Counted from the stretch's first letter, positions 1-9,990 are shown. The stretch is DNA of 64,000 nt from an uncultured Candidatus Rokubacteria bacterium (GCA_963708025.1 CAVPSB010000018.1:416001-480000); one strand, 5' to 3'. Numbers and translations: made by a program. The notes: generated by a model not told the origin, from the letters alone.

Positions 1-2
1 AG

Positions 3-185
3 GCGGTGGTCGCCGCCCGCACGGTGCGGGCCCGCGGCTTCGAGGTCCGGGTGGACGAGGATCTCGGCCCGGCGGTGATCTATCACGTGCGGTACGGTCA
101 GTTCCCCAGCCAGATCGAGGCCGAGGCCCGCGGAGAGGAGCTGGCCCTCTTCGGGCTGACGGGCCGGGTCGTCAAGGTGAAGTAG
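3..185 (+). CDS. C-terminal part of SPOR-domain protein (partial)
   Basis: Frame 3 reads ...GFEVRVDEDLGPAVIYHVRYGQFPSQIEAEARGEELALFGLTGRVVKVK*, resembling the SPOR 'YRVRVGPF-S-A' pattern. Confidence 0.65.
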   Translation, partial: AVVAARTVRARGFEVRVDEDLGPAVIYHVRYGQFPSQIEAEARGEELALFGLTGRVVKVK

Positions 186-207
186 CGCGGCTTGCCGGTC
201 GGTCGCT

Positions 208-1035
208 TCACGCGACGAACGGCGGGATGGGGGGAACCTCGAGGAGCTGGGACTTCACGTCCACCACGCCGGGAACCGATCGCGCCACCTCCGTTGCCCT
301 CTCCAGGGCGGCGGTGCCCTCCAGCTGGATCACCCCGCGGTTCGCCTCGACGTTGATCCGATACTTGCGGGTCTCCGCGTTGGCCGCGAGGGCGGTCCGC
401 ACCCGGGAGGCGAGGGCTCGGTCGCGCACCACCTGGCGTGACGTCTCGGTGGCGGCCACCTCGGGACGGTGCAGGAGGCCGATGATCAGGTCGATCCCGG
501 CCTGCGTCGTCAGCTTCTCGGTGTTGACGACGACGTCGTAGAGCGACGGATCGCTCCAGTCCACGTCGTAGAGGTAGCGCATCCGGCCGAACTTCTCGTG
601 GTCGTTCCGCCGCACCATCTCGGCGGTCGTGCGGACGTCCACCGACTCGCCCATCTGCCCGGCCATCTTCTTCATGACGCGCTTGACCCGCATGTCGAAC
701 GGGGCCATGACGCGGACCCGCAGCACGTGGACGATGTTCCGGAGGAGCACCTGGCCGCCCCGTCCCATGATGACGACGTCGTCCTGCTCGGCGACGTCGA
801 GGAGCGCGGACTGGAGCACCGTGATGTACTGGCGGGTCTCGACGTCGAAGCGCTCGAACAGCGAGGGTTTGGTCTCGTCCAGCTGGGTCAGCTTCTCCTC
901 GCCGACCCCGTACTGCCGGGCCGCCTGGCCGATCATGTCCTGGTCGACGTAGCGGTAACCGAGCCGCTCGGCCAGTGCCGCGCCGATCTCGGCGCCGCCT
1001 GACCCCATCTCGTGGGACATTGTCACGATGGCCAT
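208..1035 (-). CDS. Cytidylate kinase-like family protein with C-terminal BON domain
   Basis: MAIVTMSHEMGSGGAEIG N-terminus, VIMGRGG motif; C-terminal INVEANRGVIQLEG...ARSVPGVVDV BON pattern. Confidence 0.85.
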   Translation of the reverse strand: MAIVTMSHEMGSGGAEIGAALAERLGYRYVDQDMIGQAARQYGVGEEKLTQLDETKPSLFERFDVETRQYITVLQSALLDVAEQDDVVIMGRGGQVLLRNIVHVLRVRVMAPFDMRVKRVMKKMAGQMGESVDVRTTAEMVRRNDHEKFGRMRYLYDVDWSDPSLYDVVVNTEKLTTQAGIDLIIGLLHRPEVAATETSRQVVRDRALASRVRTALAANAETRKYRINVEANRGVIQLEGTAALERATEVARSVPGVVDVKSQLLEVPPIPPFVA

Positions 1036-1405
1036 GGGTCACCTCCCGACCTGACGGAGGGTCAGTCCTCCTCCACCACCTCGAACTCCTCCCCCGGCGC
1101 CCCGCACGCGGGGCAACGGTCGGGAGGGATCATTCCCGGGTGGACGTGACCGCAGCGTAGACACCGACAGACGAGCTGCACGGAGTCACCGGTGAAGTTC
1201 ACCCCCATTCTAGCCGAAGACGAACGACGTCAACAGCCCAGATTGGATGACCGGGTCGGCGTCCTCCGTCGAACCAGCCATCGCCCGGCCTGCGCCGACC
1301 TCGAGACGGCGGCCGTGGTGCGACGACCGGTTCGGGGGTAGCCTGGAGGTCAGACGATCGGGGAGAACTCCCGGCGGTCCCCGGCCGACCTGGATGGAGG
1401 GAGCC

Positions 1406-1606
1406 ATGAGACGCCGACTATTGCTCCGGGGCCTCCTGCTGAGCGTCGTCGCGACGGCGCTCGCCGGCTGTTTCGTCGTGCCGGCCCCTCCGCCGCCGGG
1501 GCCGGGGGTGGCCCCTCCGCCGCCGCCCCATGTTCTCGCCACGCCGCAGTGCCGGTGGCAGTACGGTGTGGGGTGGTTCGGCTGGGGCTGGTACGGCTCG
1601 TGTTAG
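1406..1606 (+). CDS. Small Pro-rich lipoprotein
   Basis: GGAGG RBS, signal peptide with lipobox LAGC, poly-Pro linker, aromatic/Gly tail. Confidence 0.6.
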   Translation: MRRRLLLRGLLLSVVATALAGCFVVPAPPPPGPGVAPPPPPHVLATPQCRWQYGVGWFGWGWYGSC

Positions 1607-1684
1607 ACCCCCGAGCACGGCCGGCCGCAGCCGTTCCGATACTTCGACGGGCTGCTAGACTAGTCTAGAGGCGGACGCGGCGAC

Positions 1685-2296
1685 TCACGGCCGATCGACT
1701 AGGCCCCGCCGGGACCGGCGCCACGTGGTCAGCGCGAGGGTGAGGGCGACCGCCACGATGGCGAGCATCGCGAGCCAGCCCTCGACCCGCCGGACATCGG
1801 CCAGCACCTGTTCGAGCTGGTCGGTGAAGAAGTAGGCCAGCCCGAAGACGACCGGGACGCCCACGGCCGCGGCGGCGGCGTCGATCAGGAGAAAGAGCGC
1901 GAACGGAACGTGCGCGATGCCCGCGGTGAGGAACGCCGCCGCCCGGAGACCCATCACGTGGCGGGCGGTGACGATCGTCTTCACGGCGTGCTTCCGGTAC
2001 GCAGCCTTCAGGCGCTCTTCCCGCTCCGGCGTCAGGACGAGACGGACCGGCCCCCAGTTCAGGACCCGCTCGCCCCAGTGCCGGCCGACCCAGTAGAGCA
2101 CGATGTCCCCGGAGAGGACGCCCACCAGGCACACGACGAGCGCCAGCCACCAGCGGGCCAGTCCTTCGTGGGCCAGCACCGCCGCCGCGATGATCGGCAT
2201 CTCCTCGGGGATCGGGATGCCGAGGCTCGCGAGCAGGAGCACGGCGAACACCCCCAGGTACGTGAACTGCTCGACGAACCCCTGGAGCGTGTGCAC
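1685..2296 (-). CDS. DedA family membrane protein
   Basis: GIPIPEE, GD..LYWVGR and ARHVMGLR motifs. Confidence 0.9.
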   Translation of the reverse strand: MHTLQGFVEQFTYLGVFAVLLLASLGIPIPEEMPIIAAAVLAHEGLARWWLALVVCLVGVLSGDIVLYWVGRHWGERVLNWGPVRLVLTPEREERLKAAYRKHAVKTIVTARHVMGLRAAAFLTAGIAHVPFALFLLIDAAAAAVGVPVVFGLAYFFTDQLEQVLADVRRVEGWLAMLAIVAVALTLALTTWRRSRRGLVDRP

Positions 2297-2358
2297 CAGG
2301 GCACCATGCCACGAGCCGGTCGCGCCGGCAACCTCCGGGGGGCCGCCCCGGCGAGGAC

Positions 2359-2616
2359 TTGACCGGAGCGTTGTCGCGATGGCATAGATGGCGCGATGAG
2401 GGGGAGCCGTCGGTGACCACGCTGCGCCTCGCCTACGCGGCTCTTGCCGTCGGCCTCCTGGTCTACGGCGGGGTCCTCGTGCGGCTCGGGCTCCGCCGCC
2501 CGGCGCGCCCGGCCGGCCGGGGGCTCCGGGCCGTCATGGTCCTCGCGGTCCTGGCGGCGGTGGCCGGCACCGCGGCCGCGGTGCTCCTGGAAGCGAGAGC
2601 GTCCCAGCCCTGGTAG
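2359..2616 (+). CDS. Possible small two-TM membrane protein (true start may be GTG ~2413)
   Basis: Two hydrophobic helices; no recognisable family. Confidence 0.35.
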   Translation: MTGALSRWHRWRDEGEPSVTTLRLAYAALAVGLLVYGGVLVRLGLRRPARPAGRGLRAVMVLAVLAAVAGTAAAVLLEARASQPW

Positions 2617-2624
2617 GCTTCGAG

Positions 2625-4058
2625 CTACCGCCGCTTGGCGGCTGACCGCGGCGCGCGCCGGGGGGCGGGCTCGGGGGCGGCCCCGGGGGCGGGAGTGAGG
2701 GCGCCGTCGGTGACGCCGGCCAGCGCGATGCCGGCATCGGCGAGCGGCTTGGCGATGCGGTCGCGGATCCAGTGCTCGTCCCACCACTCGAGCGGGTTCA
2801 CGTAGTAGCCGTTGACGAGCATCGCGAAGTGGAGGTGGTCTCCCCCGGCCATCCCCGTCTCGCCGCTTCGTCCCAGCGCCTCTCCCCGGCCGACGCTCTG
2901 CTCGGCCTTGACCGCGATCTCCGAGAGGTGCGCGTAGAGGGAGTACAGGCCGAGCCCGTGGTCGAGGAGGACCATGTTCCCGTAAATCCCGTTGGGGCCG
3001 ATGAACGCGACCCGGCCCGCGTTGGCGGCCTCGACCGGGGATTGCTTGCGGGAAGCGAGGTCGATGCCCAGGTGCCACTGGGTGTCCACCGTCCGCCCGT
3101 CGAACACGTAGGTCCGCTCCTCGGGGAAGTTGGCGAACACCTTCGTGTTGGACTGCTGGCGGAAGACCCCCTGCCAGACCGGCTTGGGCGAGCTGGCGCC
3201 CTGCGCGACCGCGCGGATCTTGGCCTCGTTCGCCTTCCGGCCCTCCCGGTTCACCTTGAGGAAGGCGTCCAGGAGTTGCGCGGTGCCGGCGTTACCCGCC
3301 GTCTGGGGGGCCAGCTCCGGCACCTTGCGCTGGAGGAACGGCTCGGTCAGCTTGATCGTGTCCTTCGGGAACCGGGTGGGGAGGTAGGTCACGGACACGC
3401 TGAGCACGCGCTGGTTGCCGGCCTCGTCCTCGGCGAAGATCGTGGGCGACGCCTGGGGCCCGTCGTACGGAATCGCGAACAGGGCCACCTGAACCGCGGC
3501 GTCGGGCGCGAGCCCGGATACGCCCGGGAAGAAGGCCGAGCCCACCTGGACTCCCGAGCGCGCCGCGCCCGCCACGCGGTAGACGGCGATCCCGGCCCCC
3601 GCGTGCTTGATGTAACCCGTCGCCGCCTTCAGCTCGATGGTGGGCGGCGTGAGGTCGACCGTGAACCGATGGACGAGCCGCGGAGCCGGATCGGGCCGGG
3701 GCCGCCACAGCGCGTCGCGGGCCAGGACCACCAGCTCGGCCGGCCCCTCCTTCAGCCCGAGCGCCGCCGCCTCGAGCGTCAGCGGTCGATCGGCCTCGCG
3801 GGGCGCGCCGGCCGGGAACTCCTCCGTCAACACGGTCCGCGAGCTCCCGCTCTGGACGACCCGGGCCTCCAGCGACTTGAGCGGCCCGGCCGGAGCCTGG
3901 AGCCGGAGGGTGATCGTCCGCTTCGGGTGGCCAAGGGCGGCGAGCGCGGGCTCGAGGGTGACGAGGACACCCGGCTGGCGCTGCCGCCACACGACGTAGC
4001 CACCTGCGGCGAGGAGGAGCACGAGGAGGGCGAGCAGGACCTTCCAGGCGCGGAACAT
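2625..4058 (-). CDS. M23 family metallopeptidase
   Basis: HLGIDL, YAHLS and HLHF zinc motifs; N-terminal TM anchor. Confidence 0.92.
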   Translation of the reverse strand: MFRAWKVLLALLVLLLAAGGYVVWRQRQPGVLVTLEPALAALGHPKRTITLRLQAPAGPLKSLEARVVQSGSSRTVLTEEFPAGAPREADRPLTLEAAALGLKEGPAELVVLARDALWRPRPDPAPRLVHRFTVDLTPPTIELKAATGYIKHAGAGIAVYRVAGAARSGVQVGSAFFPGVSGLAPDAAVQVALFAIPYDGPQASPTIFAEDEAGNQRVLSVSVTYLPTRFPKDTIKLTEPFLQRKVPELAPQTAGNAGTAQLLDAFLKVNREGRKANEAKIRAVAQGASSPKPVWQGVFRQQSNTKVFANFPEERTYVFDGRTVDTQWHLGIDLASRKQSPVEAANAGRVAFIGPNGIYGNMVLLDHGLGLYSLYAHLSEIAVKAEQSVGRGEALGRSGETGMAGGDHLHFAMLVNGYYVNPLEWWDEHWIRDRIAKPLADAGIALAGVTDGALTPAPGAAPEPAPRRAPRSAAKRR

Positions 4059-4142
4059 CTCCGAGGCATCCTACACAGACGACTCGCCGCCGTCAAACTT
4101 TGAGCGCTGCTTCATCGGCGGCGCGAGGCGCCCCGGCGCGCT

Positions 4143-5108
4143 TCACGACAGCCACGGCGTGACGCGGTCGGCTCGGTCCGCGACCCGCGCGAAGTGCCGG
4201 GCGGCGTAGTCGGCGAAGTCGAAGGGGAGCCGCGAGACGCCGATCTGGACCAACCCCCACATGGCCTCCCGGAGATCGGACGCGAGCCGCATCACCCCGA
4301 GCCGCGCCAGCGCCCGCGGCGTCGCGTCCTCGCCGTACAGCTCGAGGAGCCGCCGCTCCTCGGCCGGTCCCAACTCGCCATTGGCAGCCAGGTTGCCGAG
4401 GTCGAAGTAGCCGTCGCCCATCGCCGCGTACTCCCAGTCGAGGATGCGGATGCGGGCGCCGTCGTCGATGAAGTTGGCGGGCAGGAGGTCGTTGTGGCAC
4501 GGGACGGCCGGATCGGGGGGCGCGGCCGCTTCGATGCGGCGGACGAGCTCGAGCCACGCGGGAAGGGCCGGCGGGAGGGCGACCCCGTGGGCGAGGGCGA
4601 CGTCGCGGTAGCTCTCCACGGTCCGGAACGCCGAGAACCGGCCCGGGATCGACGGCCCCCGATGGACGCGCCGGATGGCCTCGACGATGCGACCCAGGGT
4701 GGCCGGGTCGTGGACGTCGGCCGCCTCCAGGCCGCGGCCGTCGATGAATCGCGTGACCAGGACCGCCGCTTCGGGGAGAGCGAACACCAGCTCGGGGCCG
4801 ACGCCGAGGCCGGCGGCCACGGCGGTCGCTGCCTGCTCCCGCGCGCGGTCGATCCCCAGGAGGCCGGTGCCCTCGCCGCCGATCCGGACGACGAACGTCC
4901 GGCCGTCCACGTCCACCCGGTAGTTCTCGTTCGTGATGCCGCCCGCCAGGGGCGTGATGCGGCACGTCGCGGCGGCGGCCCAGCCCGGAACCCGGGCCAC
5001 GACCTCCTCGACGGATATTCGGGGCCTCCCGCCCTCCCTCCCGCCCCCTCCCCCACCCACCGGGGGGGAGGGGGAGCCGGAGGACCGGATTCCTTCCGAC
5101 GCTCTCAA
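4143..5108 (-). CDS. Choline/ethanolamine kinase family phosphotransferase
   Basis: GGITNENY, CHNDLLPANF, ILDWEYA motifs; N-terminal ~30 aa encoded by a repeat element. Confidence 0.88.
   Translation of the reverse strand: MRASEGIRSSGSPSPPVGGGGGGREGGRPRISVEEVVARVPGWAAAATCRITPLAGGITNENYRVDVDGRTFVVRIGGEGTGLLGIDRAREQAATAVAAGLGVGPELVFALPEAAVLVTRFIDGRGLEAADVHDPATLGRIVEAIRRVHRGPSIPGRFSAFRTVESYRDVALAHGVALPPALPAWLELVRRIEAAAPPDPAVPCHNDLLPANFIDDGARIRILDWEYAAMGDGYFDLGNLAANGELGPAEERRLLELYGEDATPRALARLGVMRLASDLREAMWGLVQIGVSRLPFDFADYAARHFARVADRADRVTPWLS
5018..5087 (-). repeat. Palindromic repeat family A copy
   Basis: Reverse complement reads GGTCCTCCGGCTCCCCCTCCCC...GGGCGGGAGGCCCCGAA, matching copies at 6167, 10093 and 25389. 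Confidence 0.75.
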
Positions 5109-6082
5109 TGGGTGCGCCAGGCGTCGGGGTTGACGAGGTTCGGCGGCCGCTGGCCGGCGAGCGCGGCGACGCAGTTCTCGGCGGCCCGCGTTGCCATGGC
5201 GAGCCGCGTCGCCCGGGAGGCCGAGCCGACGTGGGGCGTGAGGACGACCTGGTCCAGCTCGACGAGCCCCGGATGCACCCGCGGCTCGTCCTCGAAGACG
5301 TCGATCCCGGCCCCGGCGAGCCGGTGCTCCTGGAGAGCGCGGACCAGCGCCGCCTCGTCGACGACCGGGCCGCGGGCGACGTTGACGAGGTAGGCGCTTG
5401 GCTTCATCAGGGCCAGCTCGGCATCTCCGATCAGCCGGCGGGTCTCGGGCGTGAGGGGGACGGACAGGACGACGAAGTCCGCCTCGCGGAGGAGGTCGGT
5501 CTTGGACCGGTAGGCGGCGCCCAGACCTTCGGCCTCGGGATCGGGCCGCCGGGTGTGGTAGAGCACCCGCATGCCGAAGCCCGAGGCGCGTCGGGCGATG
5601 GCCTTCCCAATCCGGCCGAGGCCGATGATCCCGAGCGTGGCGCCCTGGACGTCGCGCCCCAGCATCAGACTCCAGGTCACGCCCTTCCAGCGCCCGGCCC
5701 GGACGAACCGGTCGCCCTCGGCCACCCGGCGCGCCGTGGCCAGCATGAGCGCCCAGGCCATGTCGGCCGTCGTCTCGGTGAGGACGCCCGGCGTGTTCGT
5801 GACGAGGATCCCCCGCCGGGTGGCGGCGGCGACGTCGATGAGGTTGTACCCCACCGCGGCCACCGCGATGACGCGAAGGCGCGGGGCGGCCTCGATGACC
5901 GCCGTCGAGACCGGATGGGAGCCCATCGGGATCACCGCCTCGACCGTGGCGACCCGATGGCGCAGCTCGGCCTCGGGCAGCTCCTCCTCGACCGGGCTCG
6001 TCTCGACGGTCCCCGCCTGCTCGAGGATCGCGCGGGGCTCGGGCTCCATCGGCCAGGTGACGAAGATCCGCGGATCGGGCAT
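5105..6082 (-). CDS. D-glycerate dehydrogenase / glyoxylate reductase (D-2-hydroxyacid dehydrogenase)
   Basis: VTNTPGVLTETTAD, GIIGLGRIG, NVARGPVVDE, DVFEDEP, TPHVGS. Confidence 0.93.
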   Translation of the reverse strand: MPDPRIFVTWPMEPEPRAILEQAGTVETSPVEEELPEAELRHRVATVEAVIPMGSHPVSTAVIEAAPRLRVIAVAAVGYNLIDVAAATRRGILVTNTPGVLTETTADMAWALMLATARRVAEGDRFVRAGRWKGVTWSLMLGRDVQGATLGIIGLGRIGKAIARRASGFGMRVLYHTRRPDPEAEGLGAAYRSKTDLLREADFVVLSVPLTPETRRLIGDAELALMKPSAYLVNVARGPVVDEAALVRALQEHRLAGAGIDVFEDEPRVHPGLVELDQVVLTPHVGSASRATRLAMATRAAENCVAALAGQRPPNLVNPDAWRTH

Positions 6083-6166
6083 GACGCGGCGAGCCTAGCG
6101 GCGGCCCGCCGGCGGTGTCAAGCGCTCTGCGGCCGAGCTCTGCGACTGAGGGTCATCGGAGGCAAT

Positions 6167-6294
6167 CGGTCCTTCCGGCCCCCCTCCCTCCGGTGGCCAC
6201 CGGAGGGACGGGACGTCACGAGGGCCGCAGGCCCGAGCCGTCCCGGCGATCCGTCAAACGCAGGGGGGTTGGGGGGAGGGCGGGAGGTCCCGAA
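6167..6294 (+). repeat. Palindromic repeat family A copy
   Basis: C-run left end, internal CCGGAGGGACGGGACGTC...CCGTCCCGGCGATCCG shared with the 10093 copy, right end GGGCGGGAGGTCCCGAA. Confidence 0.8.
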
Positions 6295-6681
6295 TCAAGC
6301 AGGCGACGATGTCGGCCGCCGCGGTGGGGCGCGCCAGCCGCCGGGCGCCTCGCCGGAGGGCGTCGAGCCGCCCTGGATCATCGAGGAGCCGGTCGATCTT
6401 GTAGGCCAGGACCGGCAGGTTGTTGCAGCGGATGGCGGCGCCCTCCTCCAGCAGGTGGTCCGCGTTGCGCTCTTCCTGGCCGGGGATGGGGTTCACGATC
6501 ACGATCGGGAGACCGCGGGCCAGCGCCTCGGAGGTGGTGAGGCCGCCCGGCTTGCCGACGAGCAGATCGGCCGCGGCCATGTACTCGTCCATCTCGGTGG
6601 TGTAGCGCGCTCGAGAGCCTGGGCCGCGCGCACGTGACCGGCGCCGGCCGATGCCGAGAGCAGCAGCACCCGGTCAAGCAT
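6254..6681 (-). pseudogene. MGDG synthase/UgtP-like GT28 glycosyltransferase with large internal deletion
   Basis: N-terminus LLLSASAGAGHVRAAQAL joined out of frame to C-terminus MDEYMAAADLLVGKPGGLTTSEA...PIPGQEERNA. Confidence 0.8.
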
Positions 6682-7576
6682 CGGGCGGGCGCCCGGCCCG
6701 GACGCGGAGGGCGCCGGGGTGGACCCGGGCGGTCAGGACGGAACCGCCGGCGGCCGGCTCGCCGTCCACGTGGAAGAGGAGCGGCTCGGCGGCCGCCACC
6801 TCGAGCCGCGTGAAGGGCCGCATGGCGACGCCCGGCGCTTCGCCGATGGAGCCGGTGAACACCCGGCGCGCGTCCCACAAGGTTCGGAGCGGGCCGCGCG
6901 GCGCCACCACGACCAGGTCCAGGCGGCCGTCGTCGAGCCGGGCCCGGGGCGCGATGAGCACGTCGCCGCCGTACCGGCGGGAGTTGGCGCAGACGAGGAG
7001 GAGCGCGCGGCAGCACGACGTCTCGCCGTCCACCGAGAGTCGGTACTCCGCCGGCCGGTACCGGAAGACCTCCCGGATGCCGATCAGGAAGTAGGGGACC
7101 GGGCCCCGCCGCCCCCGGGCGCGAGTGTTGAACCGCGCGGCGACGCGCGCGTCGAAGCCGATCCCGGCGACGTTGAAGAACAGCCGGTCGCCGAGCTCCC
7201 CGGCGTCGATGAGCCGCTCCGGCGCCGAGAGCCCCGCCCGGAGCGCGGCCGCCGGGTCACGCGGCACGCCGAGCTCGCGCGCGAGGCCGTTGCCCGAGCC
7301 CGCCGGCACCACGGCCAGCGCGGCCGGCCCGAAGGCCAGGGCGCGGCCTACCTCGTTCACCGTGCCGTCGCCCCCCCAGGCGAAGACCACGGAGGCGCCG
7401 CGTCCGACGGCGTCCCGGGCCAGCTCGAACGCGTGACCGGAGGCGCCGGTCACGTGGACCTCGGCCGCGACGCCGGCGGCAGTGAGGACGGCGGTCGCCA
7501 GCTCGGCCCGGCGGCGTCCGGCATCCGGACGCCCGTGGGCCCCGGAGATGGGGTTGACGATGACGGCGGCGCGCAT
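6674..7576 (-). CDS. Diacylglycerol kinase family lipid kinase
   Basis: IVNPISG, GGDGTVNEV, PAGSGNGLA, GIGFDA, HVDGE. Confidence 0.92.
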   Translation of the reverse strand: MRAAVIVNPISGAHGRPDAGRRRAELATAVLTAAGVAAEVHVTGASGHAFELARDAVGRGASVVFAWGGDGTVNEVGRALAFGPAALAVVPAGSGNGLARELGVPRDPAAALRAGLSAPERLIDAGELGDRLFFNVAGIGFDARVAARFNTRARGRRGPVPYFLIGIREVFRYRPAEYRLSVDGETSCCRALLLVCANSRRYGGDVLIAPRARLDDGRLDLVVVAPRGPLRTLWDARRVFTGSIGEAPGVAMRPFTRLEVAAAEPLLFHVDGEPAAGGSVLTARVHPGALRVRAGRPPDA

Positions 7577-7745
7577 CCGCTAGTCGCGACCTCTCGCATC
7601 GAGTGAAGCACGAAAGCGGGCCCCGGGGCCGCTCGATTTCCAGCCGGCGCTCCGGCGGAATGGCCGGCCGGCTGGCTGTTGCCCCGAGACCTTTTCCCGT
7701 AGAATGGGCCCGTTTCGTCTCCCACACTTCACCATGGAGGTCCGC

Positions 7746-8042
7746 ATGGGTCAGATGAAGGAGTTCGCCGGCGTCTATTACCGGGAGGGGGCCCTCGACC
7801 CCAAGACGATGCAGCTGGTGGCGCTGGCCGCGATGGCGGCGGCTGGCTGCACGTCCTGAGTGCCCGGACGCTTCGCGGCTGCGAAGCAGGCCGGCGCCAC
7901 CGAGGACGAGATCAGCGAGGCCCTGATGTACGCGATGCGGGGCCGGGCCCGCGCCGCCTGGAGCACGATCAAGCACATCGAGGGCATCGAGGACCTGAAC
8001 AAGGCGTGGAAGACGAAGTACGAGCGAGAGAACGGGAAGTAG
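7746..8042 (+). CDS. Carboxymuconolactone decarboxylase/AhpD-like protein, probable selenoprotein (CxxU)
   Basis: GGAGG RBS; EGALDPKTMQLVALAAMAAAGCTS-TGA(7857-7859)-VPGRFAAAKQAGATEDEISEAL continues in frame; hairpin 7870-7887. Confidence 0.8.
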
Positions 8043-8123
8043 CCGACGCTGCTCCGTGACCGCCGCGGACCCGTCAGGGCCGCGGCGGTCGATGACCCTT
8101 CACCGGCACGCCGGGAGCCACCC

Positions 8124-9050
8124 ATGCCCTACTGTCGGACCGATGACCGGGTGCGCATCTACTACGAGGAGCATGGACCCGCCGGGAGCGGCGCACCAGA
8201 GGTCGGAGGCCGTCCGGACGACGCCGCGGGCCGCCGGCGCCGCGACCAGGCAAGTGGCACACCGCTGGTCCTCGCCTACGGCATCGGCGGCAACACCGAC
8301 ATGTGGGACACCAACACGGCGGCCCTGGCCGCCCGCCACCGGCTGATCCTGTGGGAGCCTCGCGGGCACGCGCGCTCGGATAGCCCCGCGGACCCGGCGA
8401 AGTACTCGTTCGCGCGCTGGGCCCTCGACCTGCGTGATCTCCTCGACCACCTCGGGCTCCGGACGGCGCACGTGGGCGGGCTCTCCCTCGGCGGCGGCAT
8501 CGCCACCCGGTTCGCCCTCCGCTTCCCCGGGCGGGTCCGCTCGCTGCTCGTGACCAACTCCTCCTCGGCCTCGGGGCTGCCGCTGTCCGTGGAGAATCTG
8601 GTCATGCGGGCCCGGAGCGTCGAGATCACGCTGACCCAGGGCATGGACGCGATGGCCGAGTACGCGATGGCGACGAACCCCAACCTGATCGCGCGGCTCG
8701 CCCTGAACCCCGACGCCAAGGCCGAGTTCTACGAGGAGTATCGCCGGCTCAGCCCGATCGGCTATGCGAACTCGTGCCGGGCGCTGATCGCCATGGATCA
8801 CATCACCGCCGAGCTGCCCCGGCTGGCCGAGCGGAAGATCCCGGTGCTGCTGATCGGCGGCGACCGCGATCCGTCGCTGGCCCCCATGCGGGTGATGCAC
8901 CGGAAGATCCGCGGCTCGAAGCTCGTCGTCCTCTCGTCCGCGTCGCACTTCGCCAACCGCGATCAGCCCGAGGCATGGAACCACACGGCGCTCGACTTCC
9001 TGGCGCGGTGCGACGGGCGGAGCGCCCGCCCGCGCGGCAGAGCGGCTTGA
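8124..9050 (+). CDS. Alpha/beta fold hydrolase
   Basis: GLSLGG nucleophile elbow, EPRGHARS, C-terminal His (ASHFAN); ~26-aa insertion near the N-terminus. Confidence 0.9.
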   Translation: MPYCRTDDRVRIYYEEHGPAGSGAPEVGGRPDDAAGRRRRDQASGTPLVLAYGIGGNTDMWDTNTAALAARHRLILWEPRGHARSDSPADPAKYSFARWALDLRDLLDHLGLRTAHVGGLSLGGGIATRFALRFPGRVRSLLVTNSSSASGLPLSVENLVMRARSVEITLTQGMDAMAEYAMATNPNLIARLALNPDAKAEFYEEYRRLSPIGYANSCRALIAMDHITAELPRLAERKIPVLLIGGDRDPSLAPMRVMHRKIRGSKLVVLSSASHFANRDQPEAWNHTALDFLARCDGRSARPRGRAA

Positions 9051-9051
9051 C

Positions 9052-9990
9052 GTGACGCCACCGGCCCGTCCGGGCGCCGTCGGGGTCATCGGCAACGGGC
9101 TCATCGGCCACGGCGTGGCCCAGATCTTCGCCACCGCCGGCACGCCGGTCCGGCTCATCGGACGCCGGGCGGCCAGCCTGGAGGCGGCCCTCGGCCGGAT
9201 CCGCGAGAGCCTCGGCCGGTTCCGGGCCCACGGGCTCCTGACGCCGGAGGCCGCCGGGGCGGCCCTGGCGCGGATCGCCACGACGACCGATCTCGACGCG
9301 GCGGCCGGCGTCGATCTGGTGATCGAGGCGGTGACCGAGGACATCCCGCTCAAGCACGGGATCTTCGAGCGGCTCGACCGGGTCTGTCCGCCGCCGGCCG
9401 TGCTCGCCTCGTCGAGCGGCCAGCCGGCGAGCCGGCTGGTCGCCCGGGTCCGTCACCGCGAGCGAGTGGTCGCCGCCCACTTCTGGAACCCGCCCCAGCT
9501 GATCCCGCTCGTCGAGGTCTGCGCCGGGCCCGAGACCGCCCCCGACGTCGTGCCGTGGATCTGCGCGGTGCTCCGCGCGGTCGGCAAGCAGCCCGTCGTG
9601 CTCGAGCGCGAGATCGACGGGTTCATCGGCAACCGGCTCCAGTTCGCGCTCCTCCGCGAGGCGCTGGCCCTGTGGGCGGCCGGCGTGGCGTCGGCGGAGG
9701 CGATCGACCTCGCGGTCAAGACGAGCTTCGGCCGGCGGCTGGCGGTGACCGGGCCCCTGGAGTCGGCCGACCTCGGCGGGCTCGATACGTTCCGCGCCTT
9801 CTCCGCGTTCCTGTTCCCCGGCCTCGACCGGAGCGCCGAGCCGCCCCCGGCGATGGCCGAGCTGGTCGGCCAGGGGCATCGCGGGCTGTCGAGCGGCCGC
9901 GGGTTCTACGACTGGTCGGCGCGCGACGGCGACGAGCTCGTCGCCCGGCGCGTCGAGGAGCTGTTCCGCCATCTGACCCGAGAGGTGTGA
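9052..9990 (+). CDS. 3-hydroxyacyl-CoA dehydrogenase family protein
   Basis: GNGLIGHG Rossmann motif, IEAVTE, HFWNPP, GFIGNRLQ. Confidence 0.92.
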   Translation: MTPPARPGAVGVIGNGLIGHGVAQIFATAGTPVRLIGRRAASLEAALGRIRESLGRFRAHGLLTPEAAGAALARIATTTDLDAAAGVDLVIEAVTEDIPLKHGIFERLDRVCPPPAVLASSSGQPASRLVARVRHRERVVAAHFWNPPQLIPLVEVCAGPETAPDVVPWICAVLRAVGKQPVVLEREIDGFIGNRLQFALLREALALWAAGVASAEAIDLAVKTSFGRRLAVTGPLESADLGGLDTFRAFSAFLFPGLDRSAEPPPAMAELVGQGHRGLSSGRGFYDWSARDGDELVARRVEELFRHLTREV

